From contig JAGWOD010000003.1 of NCBI GenBank assembly GCA_028871115.1, positions 103 through 64,102 on the forward strand: DNA of 64,000 bases, given 5' to 3'. Positions within the stretch are counted from its first letter, which is position 1; the number at the start of each line of letters is the position of its first letter. The stretch comes from Patescibacteria group bacterium (GTDB taxonomy: Bacteria > Patescibacteriota > Minisyncoccia > Phycocordibacterales > SBAW01). This document shows, in pieces, positions 29,386-38,324 of this stretch. Under the pieces are notes generated by a model, which worked only from the letters and a program-made list of their open reading frames with translations, had not been told where the DNA came from and did no database searches. A program made the translations under genes and the position numbers.

Positions 29386-30522
29386 ATGCATTGGTGGGGC
29401 AGTTTCTCTTTATTTTCCTTCCTAAAATGGATAGGCTCTATATTCCTTGCAACTGAGGCACTCTTTGGCTTACACCATCAGGTAAGTACCCCTCCCGCAG
29501 GAGTAACTATAAGCACTCGACCGATACAAAAGATCGCCCAAATTGTAGCCACTACGACGTCTATAAAGGCAAAAAAGAGCCCCGCTAGCAGGGTAGAAAC
29601 GCCTATCGTCGTATCCGCTTCCTCAAGCGTGGCGGTATCGACTATCCTCTCTTCACCCCCATCCATTGATCCAGAGCTTCTCAATGAAGAGGCGCGTGCC
29701 GCGGTCGTGAATATCCTCTGCACGACAGGAGGTGGAGGCTATTTTGAACCTATAAGCGCGAGCGGGACTATTATTGATCCTCGTGGGGTCATTCTTACCA
29801 ATGCTCACGTGGGACAGTATTTTCTCCTGCGCAACTATCCAATACCCGATAATGTAAACTGCGAAATACGTACGGGAAGCCCTGCGCAGGCAAGCTATTC
29901 TGCGGAACTCCTCTATCTACCGTCGGAGTGGGTTGCGGCCAACGCATCCCAAATCACCTCATCGGAGCCTGTAGGCACGGGTCAATACGACTACGCCCTG
30001 CTTCTCATAACCGGTTCGCTCAACTCCAACACTCCCCTGCCCTCATCATTCCCGTATCTAGAGCCAAACGCTTCTGACCCTGATGTAGGCGACGAAATGC
30101 TTCTCGCTTCTTATCCTGCGAGCTTCCTTGGAGGCATCGCCATCCAAAGCCACTTATATCTTTCAACTGCCTATGCTACTGTCTCAAAACTCTACGTCTT
30201 CGATACCGCCGACCAGTGGGTCGATCTTTTCTCCGTACCTGGAACTGTAGTATCCCAGAGCGGATCATCCGGAGGTGCTGTTGTACGAGCAAGCGACGGA
30301 ACACTTGCTGGAATCATAGTGACTTCTACTCAAGCGACTTCTACAGAAGGACGCGATTTACGGGCGGTTTCCCTAGCACATATTGATCACAATCTTGAAA
30401 GTGATGGCCTTGGGGATATAAATTCATTTCTCTCGGGAAATTTACAAACGAAAGCATTTATATTCAATCAGACAACGGCTCCTGTCCTTGAACAGGAGCT
30501 CGTAAATGCCATTAATTCATAA
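29386..30522 (+). CDS. Secreted trypsin-like (S1 family) serine peptidase
   Basis: N-terminal signal/anchor, then catalytic triad motifs TNAHV (His), the D region, and GSSGGAV (GDSGGP-like Ser). Confidence 0.65.
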   Translation: MHWWGSFSLFSFLKWIGSIFLATEALFGLHHQVSTPPAGVTISTRPIQKIAQIVATTTSIKAKKSPASRVETPIVVSASSSVAVSTILSSPPSIDPELLNEEARAAVVNILCTTGGGGYFEPISASGTIIDPRGVILTNAHVGQYFLLRNYPIPDNVNCEIRTGSPAQASYSAELLYLPSEWVAANASQITSSEPVGTGQYDYALLLITGSLNSNTPLPSSFPYLEPNASDPDVGDEMLLASYPASFLGGIAIQSHLYLSTAYATVSKLYVFDTADQWVDLFSVPGTVVSQSGSSGGAVVRASDGTLAGIIVTSTQATSTEGRDLRAVSLAHIDHNLESDGLGDINSFLSGNLQTKAFIFNQTTAPVLEQELVNAINS

Positions 30523-30534
30523 GGTTTTTACTCT

Positions 30535-30605
30535 TCGGGCCGCTGGGAATCGAACCCAGTCTACCTGCTCCCAAAGCAGGCGTACTACCGGTATACGACG
30601 GCCCG
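30535..30605 (-). tRNA. tRNA-Pro (anticodon UGG)
   Basis: Acceptor CGGGCCG/CGGCCCG, anticodon stem CCTGC/GCAGG with loop TTTGGGA, and T-arm CTGGGTTCGATTCCCAG. No encoded CCA. Confidence 0.8.
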
Positions 30606-30980
30606 GTGTCCTTTAAAATATCGGACATTTTTGGAGTATAGCAAGAAAACAAAGGAAAAGATAAAAAACCATTAAAAATAAACAAAAATATCTTCATATA
30701 TGTTCTCTAAAAAATTAAAAATGCTTCGCGTGAAATAGGACAAAATTAGAACTAATACTAAATCTCAACAGGTTATCCATAGGATTTATACAATGAAAAC
30801 ATGTTCATTTTTATATTTCACGTGAAAATTGTTACGTTAGTAACGTATGTAACCATTAAAAACATGGTTAAGCCATAAAAGACACAAAATTATGTCCTTT
30901 ATACACATGTACACACACTTATCCACACCACTTCTAACGATGAAAAACCCTAAAAACAGAGCTCTAGATCTTTATCTCAA

Positions 30981-31051
30981 GTGCGGATAGGGAGAATCGA
31001 ACTCCCACCTCGTCCTTGGCAAGGACGCGTCCTACCACTAAACGATATCCG
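30981..31051 (-). tRNA. tRNA-Gly (anticodon GCC)
   Basis: Acceptor GCGGATA/TATCCGC, anticodon stem CGTCC/GGACG with loop TTGCCAA, and T-arm GTGGGAGTTCGATTCTCCC. No encoded CCA. Confidence 0.8.
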
Positions 31052-31095
31052 CGATGTAGGTATAGTAGCTTAAATTCACACTTTTGCTAACCATT

Positions 31096-31168
31096 CGCGC
31101 CCGGCAGGACTCGAACCCACAACCCCCTGGTCCGAAGCCAGGTGCTCTATCCATTGAGCTACGGGCGC
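31096..31168 (-). tRNA. tRNA-Arg (anticodon UCG)
   Basis: Acceptor GCGCCCG/CGGGCGC, D-arm GCTCAATGGATAGAGC, anticodon stem CCTGG/CCAGG with loop CTTCGGA, and T-arm GTGGGTTCGAGTCC. Confidence 0.8.
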
Positions 31169-31212
31169 ACGGGACAATCTTACGACAAAGAAGGGGAATC
31201 TGCTAAGATTAC

Positions 31213-32688
31213 GTGGTGAAAATCGAAAAAAATAATATACCGCAAGCAGTTTTGAACGTTACAGAAACGATAGAAAATGGCGGATTTGAAGCATATATCG
31301 TCGGGGGATGTACTAGAGATCTCCTCATCGGTCGTACCCCAAAAGATTGGGACGTCACTACCAACGCTAATCCAGAAGAGATCCAAAAACTCTTCGAAAA
31401 CACCTTTTATACCAATGAATTTGGCACCGTAGGTGTCGTACAAGAACAAGAAGAGAAGTCTCTACAGGTTATTGAAGTAACCCCCTACCGTACAGAAGGA
31501 AAATATACCGATGCACGGCGGCCAGATTCTGTTGCATGGGCAAAAACCATACAAGAAGACCTAAAACGGCGTGACTTTACAATCAACGCCTTCGCATATC
31601 GACCAAAAACAAATGAGTTTATCGATGAATTCGATGGAGAAAAAGACTTGAAAAATAAGGTTATTTCTGCAGTAGGGGATCCCCATGAGCGTTTCACAGA
31701 GGATGCCTTACGTATTTTGCGTGCCGTACGTATTTCAGCGGAACTCGATTTCGCCATAGAGGAAAAGACAAAAATCGCAATGTCCGAGCAAGCTCCTCAA
31801 CTTGGAAAAATTTCAAAAGAACGCATCAGGGATGAATTTATACGGATCTTGAATTCAGCAAAGCCCATGAAAGCTTTGTTACTTGCTCAGAGCTTGAACA
31901 TTTTGTCCTTTATAGCTCCCGAACTTGAGGAGGGGATAGGGGTGGAACAAAACCAGGCCCATAAATATACAGTATTTGAACACAATCTTCGTACGCTCCA
32001 ACATGCTGCTGATAAAGATTGGCCTTTCGACGTAAGATTGGCCGGTTTGTTTCACGATATTGGAAAGCCTAAGGTACGACAATGGTCAGATGAAAAGAAA
32101 GACTGGACATTTCATGGACATGACGTGGTTGGTGCTCGCATAGCGAAAAAGCTCCTTAAAAACCTGCACTTTCCACGTGAAACAATCGATAAGGTTGAAA
32201 AAATGGTCCGGTGGCACATGTTCTTTTCCGATCCAGAAAAAGTTACACTCTCAGCTGTGCGCCGCATCATACGAAACGTTGATAAGGAAAATATAGAAGA
32301 TCTTGTAAAGCTGCGTATATGCGATCGAATAGGAACAGGAAGGCCAAAAGAACAACCGTTTCGTCTTAGAAAGTACCATTCTATGATTGCTCAAGCGCTA
32401 CGGGATCCAATTACCGTTGGCATGCTAGAGATCGATGGGGGAGCACTCATGAAAATCACTGGAGAGAAGCCTGGACCGCGTCTAGGATGGATCCTGCATG
32501 CACTTCTTGAAGAGGTCCTTGATGATCCATCAAAAAATACATTAGAGCATCTTGAAGAAAGGGCTAAGGAACTTGCGGCACTTCCTGATACAAAACTCAA
32601 ATCTTTTGGTGAATCCGGAAAAGAGCGGAAAAATGAGGCGGAAGAGGAAAATCTAAAGGAAATACGTAAAAAATACTTTGTAGATTAA
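31213..32688 (+). CDS. cca: tRNA nucleotidyltransferase (CCA-adding enzyme) with C-terminal HD domain
   Basis: PolyA_pol head domain GGCTRDLLIGRTPKDWD (GGxVRD motif) and a C-terminal HD phosphohydrolase motif FHDIGKP. Confidence 0.8.
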   Translation: MVKIEKNNIPQAVLNVTETIENGGFEAYIVGGCTRDLLIGRTPKDWDVTTNANPEEIQKLFENTFYTNEFGTVGVVQEQEEKSLQVIEVTPYRTEGKYTDARRPDSVAWAKTIQEDLKRRDFTINAFAYRPKTNEFIDEFDGEKDLKNKVISAVGDPHERFTEDALRILRAVRISAELDFAIEEKTKIAMSEQAPQLGKISKERIRDEFIRILNSAKPMKALLLAQSLNILSFIAPELEEGIGVEQNQAHKYTVFEHNLRTLQHAADKDWPFDVRLAGLFHDIGKPKVRQWSDEKKDWTFHGHDVVGARIAKKLLKNLHFPRETIDKVEKMVRWHMFFSDPEKVTLSAVRRIIRNVDKENIEDLVKLRICDRIGTGRPKEQPFRLRKYHSMIAQALRDPITVGMLEIDGGALMKITGEKPGPRLGWILHALLEEVLDDPSKNTLEHLEERAKELAALPDTKLKSFGESGKERKNEAEEENLKEIRKKYFVD

Positions 32689-33007
32689 GGTTTAAATCAG
32701 TTGTCCTATAGTTATCCACATAAAATGTCTTTTACAACTTGTAAAGGACATCTAAAGGACATTATAATATCCTACAGAAACGGCTAAGACTCTTGCCCTG
32801 GTGTCTTAAATCGTGTGCCCAGTAACGGGCCCTGATGCCGAAACAGTTCTTTGGAGTTAGGCCAACTCGTTAAGTGCCAATTTCCAGAACTCAATTTTTC
32901 TGTTCGCTAGTTAGCACGGTTAACCTCCAATAACTACGTGGAGCTAGTGGTGCAACCGTACTACTGAACAGATTCCTTCCAAAGCGAAGTCTGGAGATGG
33001 GGCGCAA

Positions 33008-33046
33008 GCCCCTGACGTGTCTCCATTTGTCGGGGGCTTTTTTATT
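33008..33046 (+). terminator. Rho-independent terminator about 320 nt downstream of cca
   Basis: Stem GCCCCTGAC/GTCGGGGGC (one G-U) followed by TTTTTT. It is nested with the inner hairpin GGGGC-GCAA-GCCCC. Confidence 0.55.
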
Positions 33047-33054
33047 TCAAAAAA

Positions 33055-33852
33055 TTAGATACTAAGTTCGATGGAGACGGGGCAGTGGTCCGATCCCATG
33101 ATTTCCGGATGGATTTGTGCCTTTTTTACTTTCGATACGAGCCGTTTTGACACAAAGAAATAGTCTATACGCCAGCCAATATTACGCGCCCGGGCATTAG
33201 CCCAATGGGTCCACCACGTGTAATGTCCTCCTCCTTTCGTGAAAATACGGAAACTGTCAGTAAAACCCGCTTCGATAATCCGATCGATACCCTGACGCTC
33301 CTCTTTAGTGAATCCGTGCTCGCCCTCGTTCTGTTTTGGATTTGCAAGATCCTCGGGCGTATGGGCGACATTGAGATCACCACAAAAAACAACTGGTTTT
33401 TTTGCATCCAACTCCTTTATGTATGCAAGAAATGCAGGATCCCACTGTTTATATCGAAATAAAAGTCGAGAGAGATCGGGTTTTGCATTCGGCGTGTATA
33501 CGTTCACAACAAAGATGTCGGGATATTCCAGAGTAATAACACGTCCTTCAGAGTTTGAATCGCCGTAGCGGTCTTCGCTAAGTTTAAATTTCTTTGACAG
33601 CTTCTCCGGAAGATCATGCTGAATACTAAGCGGCTGTTCTTTGCTGAACACTGCCGTGCCGCTGTAGCCTTTTTTATGTGCGCTATTCCAATACTCCTTG
33701 TAGTCTGGAAGATCTATTTCGCTCTCATGTTCTAGAGCTTTCGTTTCCTGTAAGCAAAGAATGTCGGGCTTGAATTTCTCGACAAAAGGAACAAAAAGTC
33801 CCTTGCCGTGAACTGAGCGTACCCCGTTAACATTCCAAGAAACAAGCTTCAT
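33055..33852 (-). CDS. xth: Exodeoxyribonuclease III / AP endonuclease
   Basis: MKLVSWNVNG...ILCLQETK...SDHCPV, the ExoIII-family catalytic motifs. Confidence 0.9.
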   Translation of the reverse strand: MKLVSWNVNGVRSVHGKGLFVPFVEKFKPDILCLQETKALEHESEIDLPDYKEYWNSAHKKGYSGTAVFSKEQPLSIQHDLPEKLSKKFKLSEDRYGDSNSEGRVITLEYPDIFVVNVYTPNAKPDLSRLLFRYKQWDPAFLAYIKELDAKKPVVFCGDLNVAHTPEDLANPKQNEGEHGFTKEERQGIDRIIEAGFTDSFRIFTKGGGHYTWWTHWANARARNIGWRIDYFFVSKRLVSKVKKAQIHPEIMGSDHCPVSIELSI

Positions 33853-33872
33853 ACGATGCTCACTAGCATAGC

Positions 33873-34811
33873 TTATTTTCTCCTTTTTCCATGGAACGCT
33901 CTATGCACTTCGCGGAGGTGTTTGTCTGTGATGTGTGTGTAGACTTGTGTTGTCGCAATATTTGAGTGGCCAAGAAGCGCTTGCACACTTCGAAGATCGG
34001 CCCCATTTTCAAGAAGATCCGTTGCAAAAGAATGCCTAATGACATGCGGAGTAACTTTCTTTGTGATACCCGCCTTCACGGCATAGCGCTTCACAAGTCG
34101 CTCAACTGAACGGGGAGTGAGCCGGAGATCTTTTGTAGCTTTTACATTTTTCCCCAACTGGGCAAAGAGCGCTTCATCTACATCGCCACGTTTATTCAGA
34201 TACTCTTTTATTGTCCTCTTTGCGGCAGGGGAGAGAAAGACGACCCGTACTTTCTCACCCTTACCGCGTACCGAGAACTCCTCACGGGAGAGATCGAGAT
34301 CCCGATTGAGTGAGCAGAGTTCAGATACGCGTAAGCCGGTCGAGAATAAAAGCTCAAGAATTGCTCGATCGCGCAGCGCAGAGAGAGATGAGCCGCTTGG
34401 AGTCTTCATGAGTCGGTTAAGCTCCTCTGAAGAAATAAGGTCGAGGTCTCGTGCTCCGACTTTTGCAAGTTCGATTCGTTCAGGAGAAAGAGATTCAATG
34501 CCGCGTTTGCGCAGGAATTTCAAAAATGCACGCAGGGCGATCAGATAGTAGTTTTGAGTCTTAAGTTTAAGATTTTGTGAAACGCCGGGCTGGCGGTTGA
34601 GATAGAGTCGAAACTGTCTGACTGATTCCTCACTAATACGGGAAGGGGAGGTAAGCGTAGAGTACGCAAGATAGCGGCTAAGATAGCGATCATAATTCTC
34701 GATAGTCTTGAGACTTCGTCCTCGTTCAATCTCAAGGTATTCGAGAAATTGATTCTTGAGCTCTTTAAGATTCGACACACAAGAAATTGTAACACTAGAG
34801 AAGAGTCGCAC
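33873..34811 (-). CDS. Tyrosine site-specific recombinase, XerC/XerD family
   Basis: N-terminal SAM-like core-binding domain and a C-terminal catalytic domain with the R...HxxRH...Y pattern (VIRHSFATDLLENGADLRSVQALLGHSNIATTQVYTHI). Confidence 0.8.
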   Translation of the reverse strand: MRLFSSVTISCVSNLKELKNQFLEYLEIERGRSLKTIENYDRYLSRYLAYSTLTSPSRISEESVRQFRLYLNRQPGVSQNLKLKTQNYYLIALRAFLKFLRKRGIESLSPERIELAKVGARDLDLISSEELNRLMKTPSGSSLSALRDRAILELLFSTGLRVSELCSLNRDLDLSREEFSVRGKGEKVRVVFLSPAAKRTIKEYLNKRGDVDEALFAQLGKNVKATKDLRLTPRSVERLVKRYAVKAGITKKVTPHVIRHSFATDLLENGADLRSVQALLGHSNIATTQVYTHITDKHLREVHRAFHGKRRK

Positions 34812-34924
34812 AATATTTTTCTTGCAGTAAACTCAAAAAAGTTTTAAGTTTTTGGAAATATTTTCTTTATCATGGGCTACCGCAGCCTCTTGCTAAACGC
34901 TCAAGCCTGTGATACGATATAAAC

Positions 34925-35191
34925 ATGCTGACGAAGCGAAAGAAGACTGCAACGGTTAAAGAAGCAGGTATACATGAGAAGGACACGGGTTCGCCTGAGG
35001 TCCAAATTGCCCTCCTTTCTAAGCGAATAGATGAGCTCACCACTCATCTCCGAAAGCACGGCAAAGATAAGCATTCTCGCCGAGGGCTTCTCCAGATGGT
35101 CGCCAATCGACGCACACATTTGAAATATCTCGAAGGAAACGATAAGAAGCGCTATAACGCAATTGTCCGTAAACTTAACCTCAAGAAATAA
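34925..35191 (+). CDS. rpsO: 30S ribosomal protein S15
   Basis: GSPEVQIALLSKRIDELTTHLRKHGKDKHSRRGLLQMVANRRTHLKYL matches the S15 consensus. Confidence 0.9.
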   Translation: MLTKRKKTATVKEAGIHEKDTGSPEVQIALLSKRIDELTTHLRKHGKDKHSRRGLLQMVANRRTHLKYLEGNDKKRYNAIVRKLNLKK

Positions 35192-35352
35192 GCTCCAGAG
35201 GAGGCGTGAAACAAAATAGCCTCCCAGGACGTATACTACTGTAGGGTCTTCGTGCGTTTTTCATGCGGTTCATGCTTCTTTAGTGTATATAGTTCCCTGT
35301 CAGTGTAACGTTTTCCGTCCGTAGGACGGTCCTAACCAATAGTTTTATTTAT

Positions 35353-35955
35353 ATGGCTATCATCAAACATAAAAGCCAGCGTGTCGGCATTTTCATAGAT
35401 ACGCAAAATCTTTATCATAGTGCGAAGAATCTCTATCACTCCAAGGTTAATTTCGGCCAGGTTGTGAAGGAAGCGCTTGCAGGTCGAGTACTTATACGGG
35501 CTGTCGCGTATGTCATTCGAACTGAATCTGAAGAAGAAAAGGGGTTTTTCGAAGCCCTTAATAAACTCGGCATCGAGACCCGGGTGAAGGATATCCGCAT
35601 CTTCGCTGGAGGCGCTAAAAAGGCGGATTGGGATATCGGCATGGCAATTGACGCTATCTCCATGGGTCACAAACTCGATACCGTTGTCCTTGCAACAGGC
35701 GATGGCGATTTCACGCCGCTCATTGAATATCTTAAGTTCACCTATGGAGTACAAGTTGAAGTTATCGCGTTCGGTAAGAGCGCCGCAACTCAACTCAAGG
35801 AAGCGGCGGATGATTTTATCGATATGGGCGACAATCCAAAGAATTACCTTATTGGCTATCGCGGCGGGGGACGTTGGTTCAATACAACCGCCGAAGAAAC
35901 CGAAAAGGGGGAAACCGACCCTGCAATCGAAATGTCGGGGGAACCTGAGAATTAA
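35353..35955 (+). CDS. NYN-domain (LabA-like, PIN-related) protein
   Basis: VGIFIDTQNLY...VVLATGDGDFTPLIEYLKFTYGVQVEVIAF matches the NYN/LabA fold signature (acidic residues D-x-x-N and SGDGDF). Located between rpsO and pnp. Confidence 0.65.
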   Translation: MAIIKHKSQRVGIFIDTQNLYHSAKNLYHSKVNFGQVVKEALAGRVLIRAVAYVIRTESEEEKGFFEALNKLGIETRVKDIRIFAGGAKKADWDIGMAIDAISMGHKLDTVVLATGDGDFTPLIEYLKFTYGVQVEVIAFGKSAATQLKEAADDFIDMGDNPKNYLIGYRGGGRWFNTTAEETEKGETDPAIEMSGEPEN

Positions 35956-35976
35956 TTTTCCATCCTTCTATTGCCC

Positions 35977-36016
35977 GAAAACCCCTGCAACATTGCCGCA
36001 GGGGTTTTCTTTTGTT
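35977..36016 (+). terminator. Rho-independent terminator upstream of pnp
   Basis: 12 bp stem GAAAACCCCTGC/GCAGGGGTTTTC followed by TTTTGTT. Confidence 0.6.
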
Positions 36017-36062
36017 ACAGTTTTACTGTTATCCATAATCGCGAAGCGCGCGGATAGGTAGG

Positions 36063-36083
36063 TTTCAAACGTTTTGTTTGAAA
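36063..36083 (+). promoter_or_regulatory. Hairpin in the pnp 5' leader (possible autoregulatory / RNase III-type processing site)
   Basis: Perfect 8 bp stem TTTCAAAC-GTTTT-GTTTGAAA about 35 nt upstream of the pnp start. Confidence 0.35.
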
Positions 36084-36116
36084 TCTGAAATTCGCGGGTT
36101 TCGCACCTCACCAACA

Positions 36117-38324
36117 ATGCAGACCCGAAGTTTCTCGACCGAGATAGGCGGTAAGACACTCACCGCCGAATTTAATGATCTTGCGGAAAATGCTGATGGA
36201 TCGGTGATCCTGCGCTACGGCAACACAGCGGTTATCGCCACAGCAGTCATAAGCGAGCGCACACGAGAGGATATCGATTATTTTCCCCTCACCGTCGACT
36301 ACGAAGAGCGTTTCTATGCGGCAGGTCAAATCCTCGGCTCCCGCTTCGTTCGCCGCGAAGGACGTCCTTCAGATCAGGCTATTCTCTCCGGCCGCGTCGT
36401 CGACCGCACGATCCGACCGCTTTTTAATTGGAACATCCGCAACGAAGTGCAGGTCGTCATTACTGTTCTCTCCATAGACGAAGACGATCCAGACATGCTC
36501 GCGGTCAATGCGGCGTCACTTGCACTTGCAGTTTCACGCATTCCCTGGGGAGGACCCGTCGCGGCTGTGCGTATCGGCAAGATAAAAGGAGGAAGTGACC
36601 TTATCATCAACCCGAGCTACGCGTTCCGGGAAAAAACGGATACCGCGTTTGATCTACTCGCCTGCGGGCAGAGAGGCACTATCAATATGATTGAAGTGGG
36701 CTCACGCGAAGTGTCCGAAGAGGATATCACGCAAGCACTTGAGCGCGCAGTCGAGGAGCAAGAAAAGCTTCTTGTCTGGCAGCGACAAATAATTAAGGAA
36801 ATCGGAAAAGAAAAGGCAATCCTCAAAACAGGGGAGGTTCCGGATGCACTTCAGACCCTGTTCAACAATGAATTTAAGAAGGAACTACACGACGTCATCT
36901 TCTGTGGCACCCCAGGAAAGGAGAGCATTAGCGACCTCAAGAAACGCTTTGTTGCGCGATACACTCAAGTCGAAGAACTCAAAGACGTGAAGAAATCCAC
37001 CGCGGAGCGCTTCCTCGAGGACCGTGTCAACGACGAGATTCACCGCGGCGCGATTGAAGATGGAAAGCGCGCGGACGGTCGGGCCTTTGACGAGCTCCGG
37101 CCCATTTTTGCCAAAGCAGGCGGCGTCTCACCAATGCTCCATGGATCAGGCATTTTCTACCGCGGCGGCACTCACGTCTTCACGGCGCTTACCCTTGGCG
37201 GTCCTGGGGATTCTCTTGTCATCGACACCATGGAGGAACAGGAGGTCAAAAAACGTTTCATGCACCACTATAATTTCCCGCCCTTCTCGGTCGGGGAGAC
37301 GGGGCGTATGGGCGGACTTAACCGTCGCATGGTTGGCCATGGCTATCTCGCAGAAAAATCGCTCGAAGCGGTTATTCCTCCCAAAGAGCAATTCCCGTAT
37401 ACCATCCGCTTGGTCTCAGAATGCATGGCTTCCAACGGTTCGACTTCTATGGGATCAGTTTGTGCTTCCACCATCGCACTTATGGACGGGGGAATCCCCA
37501 TCAAAGCTCCGGTCGCCGGTATCGCCATGGGTCTCATGATGTCACCCCGTTTTACAGAAGATAAAAAATATCGGGTGCTCACCGACATCCAGGGACCGGA
37601 AGATCATCACGGCGATATGGATTTCAAAGTGGCGGGGACAAGAGCGGGCATCACTGGTATCCAGCTCGACATCAAACTCGATGGTGTGCCCGTCTCAATA
37701 CTTACAGAGGCGCTCCACGCAGCCCGCGAGGCACGCTTCAAGATTCTTGATGTGATTGAAAAAGAAATCTCTACACCACGGAAGTCTCTTTCTCCGCGCG
37801 CTCCGGAAATTGCCACTATGAGCGTGCGTCCTGACCAGATAGGACTTGTCATCGGGGGAGGAGGAAAGACTATCAATGGAATTAAAGAAACTTCAGGGGC
37901 AGAAGATATCACGGTAGAGGATGATGGTTCGATCTTCATCACTGGTCGGAATGGGACAGCGCAAAAAGCTCGTGAACTTATCGAAGCGGTCGTGAAGGAA
38001 TATAAAGCAGGAGAAGTTTACGAGGGAACCGTCACGCGTCTTATGGATTTTGGTGCCTTTGTACGCATCGGGCCTATGAAGGATGCCGAGGGGCTTGTAC
38101 ATGTTTCGGAGGTTGCTCCCTTCCGGATTGATAAGATTTCCGATGCACTCGCGATTGGGGATAAAGTGCGCGTTATGATAAAGGAGATAGACGAGAAGGG
38201 GCGCATCAATCTTTCGATAAAACAGATTGACCCCGATTTCGCCTCACGCAAAGGACTTAAGCCCTCGACAAACCCATCACATGGCGGACGAAACCACACC
38301 GGGAACGAGCGGCGATTCCAATAA
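36117..38324 (+). CDS. pnp: Polyribonucleotide nucleotidyltransferase (PNPase)
   Basis: Two RNase PH domains, KH domain (GGGGKTINGIKETSGA) and C-terminal S1 domain (GEVYEGTVTRLMDFGAFV...). Start taken at the internal Met (MQTRSFSTEIGGK). Confidence 0.9.
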   Translation: MQTRSFSTEIGGKTLTAEFNDLAENADGSVILRYGNTAVIATAVISERTREDIDYFPLTVDYEERFYAAGQILGSRFVRREGRPSDQAILSGRVVDRTIRPLFNWNIRNEVQVVITVLSIDEDDPDMLAVNAASLALAVSRIPWGGPVAAVRIGKIKGGSDLIINPSYAFREKTDTAFDLLACGQRGTINMIEVGSREVSEEDITQALERAVEEQEKLLVWQRQIIKEIGKEKAILKTGEVPDALQTLFNNEFKKELHDVIFCGTPGKESISDLKKRFVARYTQVEELKDVKKSTAERFLEDRVNDEIHRGAIEDGKRADGRAFDELRPIFAKAGGVSPMLHGSGIFYRGGTHVFTALTLGGPGDSLVIDTMEEQEVKKRFMHHYNFPPFSVGETGRMGGLNRRMVGHGYLAEKSLEAVIPPKEQFPYTIRLVSECMASNGSTSMGSVCASTIALMDGGIPIKAPVAGIAMGLMMSPRFTEDKKYRVLTDIQGPEDHHGDMDFKVAGTRAGITGIQLDIKLDGVPVSILTEALHAAREARFKILDVIEKEISTPRKSLSPRAPEIATMSVRPDQIGLVIGGGGKTINGIKETSGAEDITVEDDGSIFITGRNGTAQKARELIEAVVKEYKAGEVYEGTVTRLMDFGAFVRIGPMKDAEGLVHVSEVAPFRIDKISDALAIGDKVRVMIKEIDEKGRINLSIKQIDPDFASRKGLKPSTNPSHGGRNHTGNERRFQ

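Noticed and set aside
32689-33046. Calling this region RNase P RNA
   Set aside because: An ACAGAAACGGCUAAG segment resembles the CR-V element, but it lies near the 5' end of the stretch. The CR-I GGAAAGUCCGG element is absent. I could not build the P4 pseudoknot by eye, so it is left as an unclassified ncRNA candidate.
33873-34811. Interpreting the XerC/D-family recombinase plus nearby tRNA cluster as an integrated mobile element
   Set aside because: The recombinase has the size and domain layout of a chromosomal Xer dimer-resolution enzyme. I see no flanking direct repeats duplicating a tRNA 3' end, and no phage or plasmid genes between it and the tRNAs (cca and xth are housekeeping). This is retained only as a caveat under the AT-rich island finding.
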